Source of the DNA: Octopus bimaculoides
Taxonomy: Eukaryota
Assembly (NCBI RefSeq): GCF_001194135.2
Contig: NC_068993.1
Span: 58,911,701-58,973,935 of the forward strand
Direction: 5' to 3'
DNA: 62,235 nt
Made by a program: the position numbers and the translations under genes. Shown one piece after another: positions 1-12,434 of this stretch (position 1 is the stretch's first letter; each line of letters opens with the position of its first letter). The notes under the pieces are model-generated. The model searched no databases and was not told the origin of the DNA. It saw nothing but the letters and a program-made list of their open reading frames with translations.

Positions 1-61
<61 letters not shown>

Positions 62-614
62 GTAGATAGATAGATGGATAGATGGGTGTATATATGTGTG
101 TAATGTGTGTATTTATATATATATATGTATGTACGTGTGTGTGTGTGTGTGTATATATACACATATGTTTCCATATATGTATACATATATATGTATATAC
201 ACACATGTGTGTGTACATACACACACACACAAATACATTCTATATTTTAAGGATTTGAGTCATTGGTCTATGGTCAGCTGGTGATCCACCTTTTCGAGTA
301 CAGTATAATCGATTGCATCAATTCCCATCTTTATTCCTCTGACTTAAGATAAAAGGGATCTGGGCAGGACATAGCAAAATACCACAAGGCAGTGGGGGTG
401 TGTATGCACGTGTGAGTGCATTACCATTTCTGTAATATATCTGCTGTTTAACATATCGTGTTTAGGACACACACACACACACACACACACACATACTCAT
501 CACATTTTTATATGGAAGTGTGTATGTCTGTATGTGTATGCACATGTTTGTGTGTGTATATATGTGTATGTGTGTGTGTGTGTATGTCTATATGTATATA
601 TATATATCTATATA

Positions 615-657
<43 letters not shown>

Positions 658-1077
658 NNNNNNNNNNNNNNNNNNNNNNNNNNNNNNNNNNNNNNNNNNN
701 NNNNNNNNNNNNNNNNNNNNNNNNNNNNNNNNNNNNNNNNNNNNNNNNNNNNNNNNNNNNNNNNNNNNNNNNNNNNNNNNNNNNNNNNNNNNNNNNNNNN
801 NNNNNNNNNNNNNNNNNNNNNNNNNNNNNNNNNNNNNNNNNNNNNNNNNNNNNNNNNNNNNNNNNNNNNNNNNNNNNNNNNNNNNNNNNNNNNNNNNNNN
901 NNNNNNNNNNNNNNNNNNNNNNNNNNNNNNNNNNNNNNNNNNNNNNNNNNNNNNNNNNNNNNNNNNNNNNNNNNNNNNNNNNNNNNNNNNNNNNNNNNNN
1001 NNNNNNNNNNNNNNNNNNNNNNNNNNNNNNNNNNNNNNNNNNNNNNNNNNNNNNNNNNNNNNNNNNNNNNNTATATA

Positions 1078-1113
<36 letters not shown>

Positions 1114-1136
1114 CATATATACATATATATATGTGC

Positions 1137-1170
<34 letters not shown>

Positions 1171-1353
1171 ATACATATATATATCTAAATGACTCTTAAG
1201 TGATTCTGTATAGGTTTTTCTGTTTTTCTTTTTTATTACCATATCTTTTTCATGCCAACCATATTTTTTCTTTATGCTATTACATCCTAAATAGCAAAGA
1301 CATCTCTGTCTTTCTAAGCATTAACCTAATACATTAACTTTTATCTTTCCTGT

Positions 1354-1393
<40 letters not shown>

Positions 1394-1404
1394 TAAAATA
1401 ATAA

Positions 1405-1442
<38 letters not shown>

Positions 1443-1609
1443 GACGCACACACGTGTGAATGTATATATGGCGTTGAAAATCTTTTGAACTATATCACAT
1501 ATATACAGTTGCCTTACATTTTCATGCTTTTAAATTTTGTTAATAAAGCAATTTTACAACATGTTCTCGTTAGCAAAACCCCATTATTCAATCTTGTCTT
1601 ATCTTTCAG

Positions 1610-1671
1610 GTCAAATCTTCACTACAAGCCGCAAACTGAACCGGGAATCAAAAGAAGAACATATACTCACG
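1610..1671 (+). CDS. FAT1-like: Fat-like exon 1 in window (cadherin repeat)
   Basis: tttcag|GTCAAATC...CTCACG|gtgaga; [21 protein letters not shown]; phase 1-0. Confidence 0.9.
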
Positions 1672-2207
1672 GTGAGAATAGAACCAGGATACTCCTGGTT
1701 TCTTTTGTGTTGTTACAGGTGTCGCATTTGTATTTTTGTATGTTTGTGTCATTGTTTAATTTCTGTGTGTCCTGATCTTGCACACCTGAAGAGGCTTCTT
1801 GGCCATGAGTATCCTAAAAGATTTTTCAGGCCTCAGTGTTTGCCTGAATAACATTGATGATTATGAATTGGCTGCTATTTCTAACAGTTCAACTGACCAC
1901 ATAGGAGCTTTGTTGTTGGCTCAAAGTATACATACATACATACATACATACGGAAGTTTATCATTTAAACATATATGAGCATGTCTAGATATGCAACTAT
2001 ATGCATGAGAACACATACATAAAGCTAAACATACAAATCTGCACACATACGTACATACACACACACACACACAAACAAACAAGCATACCCTGTTGCTGAT
2101 GTTGAAATTTCAATGGGGGAGCCTTGAATCTAGGTTAGAAACCAGCTCTTTCTCTATTGGCAAGAAATCTTGAAATGAAACTGAATAACATACATACATA
2201 CATAGTG

Positions 2208-2238
<31 letters not shown>

Positions 2239-2663
2239 CCATGCAACAACAAATGCTTTCCTTCGAACTATTTGTTTTGTTTGTGTGTGTGTGTGTGTGT
2301 GTATATATACACATAGGCACATGTGGTAAGTAGCTTGCTTACCAACCACATGGTTCTGGGTTCAGTCCCACTGCTTGGCACCTTGGGAAAGTGTCTTCTA
2401 CTATAGCCTCAGGCCGACCAAAGCCTTGGGAGTGGATTTGGTTGACGGAAACTGAAAGAAGCCCATCATATATATGTCCCCCCAACATCACTTGACAACC
2501 GATGCTGGTGTGTTTACATCCCGGTAACTTAGCAGTTCGGAAACAGAGACCGATAGAATAAGTACTAGGCTTACAAAGAATAAGTCCTGGGGTTGATTTG
2601 TTTGACTAAAGGCGGTGCTCCAGCATGGCTGCAGTCAAATGACTGAAACAAGTAAAAGAATAC

Positions 2664-2705
<42 letters not shown>

Positions 2706-5700
2706 ATATAGACACATGTATATATGGATATATGTCTGTGCTATTTACAGTCAAACACGGGCATGCATTTAAACATGTTTAAGCATGTATGAATGCATAT
2801 ATGATAGGGGTTTTTCAATGTGCATGTGTACACATCTGTGGATTCAAGCTAGTATGTATATATACACACATATATACATACATAGATGTATGTGCATAAA
2901 GCATGTATAGGCTTGCGCATTTATATATAGTTTACATTTCTTCAAATGTCCAAATACAGATACATAATATGCGTATGTGAGCCGTAAACTGTAGTGGACC
3001 ATGTGACCATAGTGCCTGGCTATGATACAAAAGGTCACTGGTTCAATATTCGCCCACCCCCACCTCCCACCATCACTATCACTGCTCTGTATCCATGGAT
3101 ACAGCAATTGATCTCTTTGTCTTTGTGGATATGTTCCATAAGGGAAAACTGTGAAGTGTTTCTCACAATAGATGCAAACAAGACATGTATAATGTATGAA
3201 TGTGTATGTGTGTATATGTATCTGTGTTTATTTATGTATAACTATGTGTGTTTGTGTGTGTGTGTGTGTGTGGTTAAAGTAATCACCAAAAACAAATTTA
3301 TCAATAGTTGTAGTCCTTTATTATGATCATTTCAATGATTCTGTTTTAAAAAATTACTTTATTTTTTTGTCTTTGTAAAAACTATGTCTTCGGATGAAAA
3401 TATTTCAAAATCTTTGTTTGAAGAAATGGCTTTATAAGAAAATATAATTTCTGTTTTTTTATAAGCAAAATAATCATTTGATATTAAAATCATCGTCGTT
3501 GTCATCACGATCACCATCATCATCATCATCATCATCATATTATCATCATTGTGTGCAGGAATCTGTTTCTATATTGTTGGGCTCTGCCATACATACTATC
3601 ACATGCACGCACATACCCACACTCCCATACCCACGTTCACATACACACACAAGCACACACACTTACATACACATGTTGACACACATGCCAACACACAGAT
3701 ACACATACATACACAAGTACAGACAGACATTCACAACAGTATAAGCTCAAAGACACACATCATCATCATCATCATCATCATCGTTTAACATCCGCTTTCC
3801 ATGCTAGCATGGATTGGATGATTTGACTGAGGAATGGTGAAACCAGATGGCTACACCAGGCTCCAATCTGATTTGGCAGAGTTTCTACAGCTGGATGCCC
3901 TTCCTAACGCCAACCACTCCGAGAGTGTAGTGGGTGCTTTTACGTGCCACCGGCATGAGGGCCAGTCAGGCAGTACTGGCGACGGCCACGCTAGGTGGCG
4001 ACGGCCACGCTAGGTGGCGACGGCCACAAACTTATGTACATCCAACTGACACACATACACACACGTACTCACACATACATGCACAAACACACACGTACTC
4101 ACACATACACATACTCCCTCCACTGTTATTTATTTATTTATTTGTATCATTCTTGTCCAGGTCACAGTGAAAGACAATGGAGTCCCCAACTTGAGCTCAT
4201 CAACCCAAGTCATTGTTCACATTGAAGACGAGAATGACCATGCCCCAGAATTTATCAACAGCCCTTACCGTCTTCAGGTGCCTGCTTCTCCAAAGGGTAC
4301 CAAACTGTTCCGCGTGATGGCCAAAGACATTGATGTGGGCAACAATGCAGAAATCACTTACTCCATAAAAAAACGGAAAGTACAACGTTTCATGATTGAC
4401 CCAACAACTGGTATAATTTCATGTCAGGAAGACCTCATAGCTGGATCCAATTTTGAATTTATTGTGAGTTTTTCTTATTTTTATGTCATCTTTTATTATC
4501 ATCTTCATCATCATCATTTAATATGTTTTCCACGCTGGCATGGGTTGGACGGTTTGACAAAAGTTGGCCAGCTGGAGAGCTTCCTGGGTTGCATTTATTT
4601 GTCTGTTTTGGCATGGTTTCTATGGCTGGATGCCCTTCCTAATACCAACCACTTTACCGAGTGTACTGGGGGCTTTATTTTTGGCACTGGCATAGGTGCT
4701 GTTATGCAGCACCAGCACCCATGAACTCACAAGACTCACAAGATCTCTGAGCTAAGATTGGGACATAGAGAACATGCCTATATATATGGACAGCCATGAT
4801 CGGTGTGTCTTCTCAAGCATGGAAAACCACCAGAAGTCTTGTTTAGGACAGAAGGAGTTGTATTTTCGAAGTGGTACCAGCACCTATGAACTTGCAAGAC
4901 TAGAATCTTTCAGCTAAGAGAAAGAAGTAGAGGACATGCTTATATACAAAGAAAGCCACAATCGTTGTGTCTTCTCAAGCATGGAATCCACCAGAAGTTT
5001 TTGGCCAGGACAGAAGGAGTTGTGTTTTTTAAATAACTCTTGACCCATTTGCATTTAAACCAGCTATGTCCAGCCCAGCTCAGTTATTCTACCCATTTTA
5101 TGTCTCTATTGTCCAGATCTGCCTTATCACACCTACTCTACAATGTCATTCTAAAAGTAAATAAATCACATCATCAAAATCTCAAAGGTACAAAATAATT
5201 TATGTTTAATTTAAAGGATAATGAATGATTAATTCAAAACAATGTTAATAAGCATTTATGTTTGACAGAATACTTTGAATACTTATTTTTTTGTTGCTTT
5301 TGTTATTTATGTTTTACAAAAGAGTACTGAATACCAGAGGGTAGAGTGTGTAGTGTATAATTCCTTAGTCTTCAAAATTATAGTCAGTATATCATCCAGT
5401 ACCTTCGGTTTCCTGCTAGTAGAGTAAGTCTATTGACATTCTGCTGTTAGCTTGTTAAAAAATATCTATGAGCAACAGAGGCAGTAATAATACTGAGAGG
5501 TAATATTTATCCTCGCTTTGAACCTGGATGTTCTGTTAGAACATAGTGTAGCTTGTTCCAATAGAACATCCATGTTTAAGTGAGGAGAAGTGTTACCAAT
5601 TCATCAATTGACAGAGGAATTAACTGATAGTCATTATGTATGGTGTGTGTGTGTGTGTGTGTATGACTATACCCTGTCACCACTACCGTCACCAGAATGC

Positions 5701-8451
5701 CTCTACTATTTACCTCTGCATCATATTTCCAGGTGAAAGCAACAGATCATGGGAGTCCAGCCCTGAAGTCTACTACAAAAGTAAAGATCAAAGTGGTCAA
5801 GGTGAAGAAGTACTCAACGAACCCACCATTGTTTAATAAGAAGCATCTGTCTGAGGAAATTATGGAGAATGATCGAGTTGGCAAATGGATTGTGCTAGTT
5901 CAGGCCTTTGATATGGATAGGGACAAAATTTGGTATTCTATCGCGGGTAAGTTTAATGGATGATGCTTATATAATATTTCTTATTTTCTTTTATTTGTCT
6001 GTTTTTATGGGTATTTGGAGTCGATAAAATAAGTACCAGTTGAGCACTGGGGTCAGTGTAATTGACCTGCCCCTCCCCCCAGAATTGCTAGCCTTGTGCC
6101 AAAATTTGAAATCAATATTTATTTTTCTTCTAACTATTGCAGATGGTAATGAAGACCACACATTCAGCATTGGCCCAGAAGATGGCATGATATTTATAGC
6201 CCGTAAACTAAACTGGGAGGTGAAGAATCACTACAATTTGACCATTAAAGCCACAGATGGACAGCATCAGGATTTTGCATGGGTAAGTAATAGTAAACTA
6301 GGATATCTAAATGAGGGTGGCCATGGTGGGAATGGTGGTGGTGGTGATGGTGGTGGGTAATGATCTCACACCACCACCCTCCTCTTCCTCTCTCCTTCCT
6401 CCCCCTCTCTCCTTCCTCTCCCCTCTCTCCTTCACTTCACGCCCAGCAATAATCAGTGCTCTCACTTCTTCCTTCTCCCCTCCACACATCTTTCCTGTCA
6501 CTCTTGAGGTGCAATGGTTTAAGCTGAGCATTAATCACTAATCCAGCTAATCTCACCAGAACAGAAGTCCTGCAATGGTCATTCATACAAACCTTTTCCT
6601 CCAAACCAAACCAGCAAATAAAATAGATAAATGAAAATATGACAGTTGGGCAGGGGTGGTGTTGAGTTGTGATGTGGGTGGTGGTGGGTATAGTCTTGGG
6701 GGTGGTGGTAATGGTGGAGTAGGATTGAGGGGTGGTGTTCGTATGATATTCTAGATAGGAAAGACTGTGCATGTTGGTTACTGTAGGGGCCTAGGAGAAA
6801 AGAAATATTTCTGCAACCCACCAATACACCATTCCTCCAACTCATCATTCCTCCAACATGCTATTCTTTCAACACACCATTCCGTCAACATACCACACCT
6901 CTAACATGCTGTTCCTCCAATGCACCCTTCCTCCAACACACCATTCCGTCAACATACCACACCTCTAACATGCTGTTCCTCCAATGCACCCTTCCTCCAA
7001 CACACCATTCCNNNNNNNNNNNNNNNNNNNNNNNNNNNNNNNNNNNNNNNNNNNNNNNNNNNNNNNNNNNNNNNNNNNNNNNNNNNNNNNNNNNNNNNNN
7101 NNNNNNNNNNNNNNNNNNNNNNNNNNNNNNNNNNNNNNNNNNNNNNNNNNNNNNNNNNNNNNNNNNNNNNNNNNNNNNNNNNNNNNNNNNNNNNNNNNNN
7201 NNNNNNNNNNNNNNNNNNNNNNNNNNNNNNTCAACACACCATTCCGTCAACATACCACACCTCTAACATGCTGTTCCTCCAATGCACCCTTCCTCCAACA
7301 CACCATTCCGTCAACATACCACACCTCTAACATGCTGTTCCTCCAATGCACCCTTCCTCCAACACACCATTCCACCAACATATTATTCTTCCAGCACATC
7401 ATTCCTCCAGTGTGTCATTCCTCCAATGGGCCATTCCTCCACCATACCATACCTCCACTGTACTATACCTCCAACAAGTCATACTTCCGACAAGCCATAC
7501 CTCCTCCACACCATTCCTCCACCACATCATTCCTCCAATATGCCATTCCTCCAACATGTCATTCCTCCAGTATGCCAATCCTCCAACACACCATTCCACC
7601 AACATGTTATTCTTCCAACACATCATTCTTCCAGTGTGTCATTCCTCCAGTGGGCCATTCCTCCACCAAGTCATACTTCCGACAAGCCATACTTCCAGCA
7701 ATCCATACCTCTACCACACTATTCCTACACCACATCATTCCTCCAACACACCATTCCTCCAACATGCCAGTCCTCCAACACACCATTCCTCCAGCATGCT
7801 ATTTCCCCAACATACCACTCCTCCAACACATTGTCTCTTCTATGCACAAGTCCTCAACCCATCACTCTTCTAATAACTCAACAACTCACCAACCCTCTAC
7901 TCCTTCAACCTTTCCAGCCTCCAGCCTCCACCAATCTAACAGCCAATCATTCCTCCAGCCCACCAGCCTACCCACACATTTAACCTTCAACCAACTTTAT
8001 TTCTATCACAGCTTGAAATCAAGGTCCTCGATGTAAACGACAATCCACCAATATTTGACAAGAAAGAATATATTGGCCAAGTTTATGAATCTGTCGCTAT
8101 TGGTAAACAGGTTCTGCAAGTGTCTGCTACTGACCAAGATAATGGTAGACTCTTCTATTCCTTGTCTTCAGCAACAAACCCTGCAAGCAAGTCAAAATTC
8201 CACATCGATTCAGAAACTGGTTAGTATCATCGTCTTACTTAATTACTTAACTAACTTACTACTACTACTACTACTACTAATTACTGCTACATTTTTTTGT
8301 TCCCTTTTCCTTTTTTATCTTGTTTTTATATTTTACTGTTTGCTCCTTTCCTCTCTTTCTTTTTCTCCCTCTCACTCTCTCTCTTCACTCTCTTCCCATA
8401 CCTCACCACCTACACACACACACGCTTACACACATACATATAAATGTATGC

Positions 8452-8485
<34 letters not shown>

Positions 8486-8496
8486 ATAAAATGTGT

Positions 8497-8534
<38 letters not shown>

Positions 8535-11500
8535 GTTATTATTATTATTATTATCATTATTATTATTATCATTATTATTATTATTGATATTCTGTAGACT
8601 TGCTCAAGGGCTGAGAGTTTGTGCATTGTCACTTCTCCAGCCATTGCATGAAATGCTCGGCCTTTGATTTACTCTGTAACTTCTACTAATTATTATTATT
8701 AATAATAATGATGTGTGTATGTACTCATGTATTGAGTTTTACTTTCCTATTTTAATCAACAAACTTATATATATGTATATGTAAATGAGTGTAGGGGTTT
8801 GTGTATATATATAGAGCACCAATTCTACTGTTGTTTGTTTGTAGGTGTAATACGAGTGAAGGAGAAATTGGATCGTGAAGTCCTGGCTCGGCATGAGTTG
8901 GTAGTGATGGTGAGGGACCAAGGTTTACGTTCCAAACGTAACATGTGCCGTGCTGTCATCATGGTACTCGACAACAATGACCACAGTCCAGAGTTTCTGT
9001 CCGACATATTTGAAGGCCGAGTATTCGAGACTGCAGCTATAGGCACTTCCGTCCTCCAAGTCGTTGCTGCTGACCAGGACAAAGGAATCAATGCAGAGAT
9101 ACGCTACAGCATTTTATCAGGTAGCCCTCTTGTTGTAGTTAATGTTGTAGTTGTTGAAAATTTATAGCAAATAGTGTCCATGTACCTGAACATTAATATA
9201 TTTGTGCAAACATAAAATACCGTACAAGATTTCTAGTTGATCCGATCAATGGAACAGCCTGCTCGTGAAATTAACGTGCAAGTGGCTGAGCACTCCACAG
9301 ACACATGTACCCTTAACATAGTTCCCAGGGAGATTCAGCGTGACACAGAATGTGACAAAGGCTGTGAGGTGGCAGAGTGGTTACCCCGCCGGGCGAAAGG
9401 CTTAGCGGTATTTCGTCTGCCGTTACGTTCTGAGTTCAAATTCCGCCGAGGTCGACTTTGCCTTTCATCCTTTCGTGGTCGATAAATTAAGTACCAGTTA
9501 TGCACCGGGATCGATGTAATCGACTTAATCCCTTTGTCTGTCTTTGTTTGTTCCCTCTGTGTTTAGCCCCTTATGGGCAATAAAGAAATAGGAATGTGAC
9601 AAAGTCAGCCCTTTAAATTACAAGTACAACTTATTTTTGCCAGATGAGTGAACTTGAGCAAAGTGAAATAAAGTGTCTTGCTGAAGGAGACGACGCACTG
9701 GCAGGAATCGAACTCATGACCTTACGATCATGAGCCGATTACCCTAACCACTAAACCATGCACCTTCACATGGTTTAACAGAAAATATTCTACTCAGTCC
9801 CCTCTCTATGCTGTAACACAGCTTATACACACACCACATAGTCTAGCATAATATTCTGATGTAATAACATAACACACAAGGCACACTTTTTTCCTACTTT
9901 TTGTCTATTTTGTAATGTAGAAATATTCTAAATGTATCTTTCAATACATCTCAATGTTTCTAAAGCAAACATTACTTGTTTACTTTCGTCGTAATTTCAA
10001 TTTAACAGCGTCTTATAAAGCTAGATTTTTAAGTTCAAAAATTGCAGATTGATTTGACAGTGGGCAGTTAGGCTTAATGGCAAAGCACTACAGCCGGTGA
10101 TCACAGGGATGTGAGTTCAACTGTCATGGCTGGCCGCTGGCAAATTTTTCTGCAATAATATGGATGTTTTATCCTGTTCCTGCTATTCTGTTTGTATTAT
10201 TCTGTGTTTGAGAATTAGTTATTTCTGTATCTAAATGTTTTGTTTTATCTTTATTACGCAGGGAATACAGGAGGTGCTTTTGCCATTGATGATACCATGG
10301 GAACTATAACTGTGGCGAAACAGTTGGACCGAGAGGGTCAGTCTGATTATGTTCTGTCTGTGCTGGCCACTGATTTTGGCTCTCCACAACTCAGCAGTAC
10401 TGGAACTGTCCACATATCGGTGACTATTTCAAATAACGCACCCCCAAAGTTCCCCCACAAAGAGTATGTGAAAGAAATCCCTGAGAATGAACCTGTTGGG
10501 GTGATTGTGTCGACAGTGGTCGCCGACAGTAGGTCGTCTGTCGTGTACTTAATCACCAGCGGAGATCCAAAAGAAATGTTTCGGATCAATCCCAACTCGG
10601 GTGTTTTATCAACGAACAAAGTCTGTGACTATGAGGAGCAAATCTTTTATAACCTGACAGTAACTGCCATGAACATCATTGGCCGATCAACAAGTTGTTC
10701 AGTTCTGATTCACATCATTGACAAGAATGACAACAATCCAGTCTTTGAGAAAGAACTTCACCATGGATTTATCATAGAACAAGCACCGGTTGGTTCTATA
10801 GTTCTCAATGAAGATAGGTTTCCACTCGTCATCAAAGCGACTGATGCTGATAGCGGCATGAATTCACTTCTACAGTATGAAATTGTTGAAAACAAGATAC
10901 AGTCTGTTTTTTCAGTCGACAGTAACACTGGAGCCATTCGAACAGCAAGCTTACTCGACCACGAGGTGTTGGCCGACTATGAGTTCACAGTGCGCGCTTT
11001 TGATCTTGGCAGACCTCATCTTCTCGCTTTGGAATCGTCTCGGGTTAAAATCCATGTTCTCGATACGAATGACTCACCACCCAGATTCTCTCAGGATGTC
11101 TACAATGTCTCTCTACTTCTACCAACATTCAGAGAAGTTGCTGTTCTTGTGTTAAATGCCACTGATCCAGACACTGGAGTTGGCAGCAAACTGACATACA
11201 AGATAGATCAGGGCAACGAGGATGGGACATTTGAACTTCAGCCTGACACTGGAGTACTTTCTGTCACCAATGACACAGACATCAGCAGTGTGTATGACTT
11301 GACCGTCACGGTCAGTGATGGAGTATATGAAACATCTGCTGAGATCTTCATAACGGTCCTACGAAGCAATGAGACTAGTTTGGTGTTTACGAAAAATGAT
11401 TACCAGGTGGAAGTGATGGAAAACGTAGCCACAAACCAGTCTCTAACAGTTCTACAGTTAACTGGATTGATTCTCAACCAACATGTCACCTTCAAGTTGT

Positions 11501-11995
11501 TAAATCCCAATGATATGTTTACGATTGGGGCCACTTCTGGTGTTCTGCACACAATTGGCAAGCCTTTTGATCGAGAGAAGCGATCAAGTTATAGATTAGT
11601 GGTCGAAGCTAGAGATTCTCAACAAGAACCAAGATATGCTCGTGCCATTGTCCATGTAGAAATTGCTGACCAGAATGACAATCCCCCTATCTTTGTGAAT
11701 CAACCTTACAATTCTGTGATTTCAGTTGAGTCAAAGATAGGAGACCTCATCAAACAGGTAAATTTTTGAAAACTTTTCTACATATTATATATATGTATAT
11801 TTTTTAAATTTGTTTCAGTCATTTGACTGCGGCCATGCTGGAGCACCACCTTTAGTCGAGCAAATCAACCCCAGGACTTATTCTTTGTAAGCCTAGTACT
11901 TATTCTAGCGAGCTCTCTTACCGAACCGCTAAGTGACGGGGACGTAAACACACCAGGATCAGTTGTCAAGCGATGTTGTGGGGACAAACACAAAT

Positions 11996-12038
<43 letters not shown>

Positions 12039-12353
12039 GATTTACTTTTCGTAATGAGATAAAAACCGAATATAATATAGAACATTTATAAATAGACTGT
12101 CTTGCAGCTGTTTCCAGGATATTTATTATATCCCTTCATCAGAGACGATGTGAGAGGATGATTAAGCAATAGTTAATTTAGTTAAGATAGGAAATAGAGA
12201 GTGAATGTAGGGATATTGTATTTGTAATTCCATTGTTTAGGCAGAATGGTATACATATAAGATTCCATTACCTTGTGAGTAAAATCCAATAGTCTTTAAG
12301 ATTGGTCATTGCATTTGTAAATCCATTATCAAGATTCCAATACCCTATGAGTA

Positions 12354-12434
<81 letters not shown>

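Noticed and set aside
6984-8036. 350-aa H/P/S/T-rich ORF and overlapping ORFs
   Set aside because: A stop-free 16-nt minisatellite is open in all frames. It lies in an intron and is out of frame with exon 5.
10062-10135. tRNA gene
   Set aside because: A- and B-box-like motifs are present but the stems pair poorly; at most a decayed tRNA pseudogene or SINE head.
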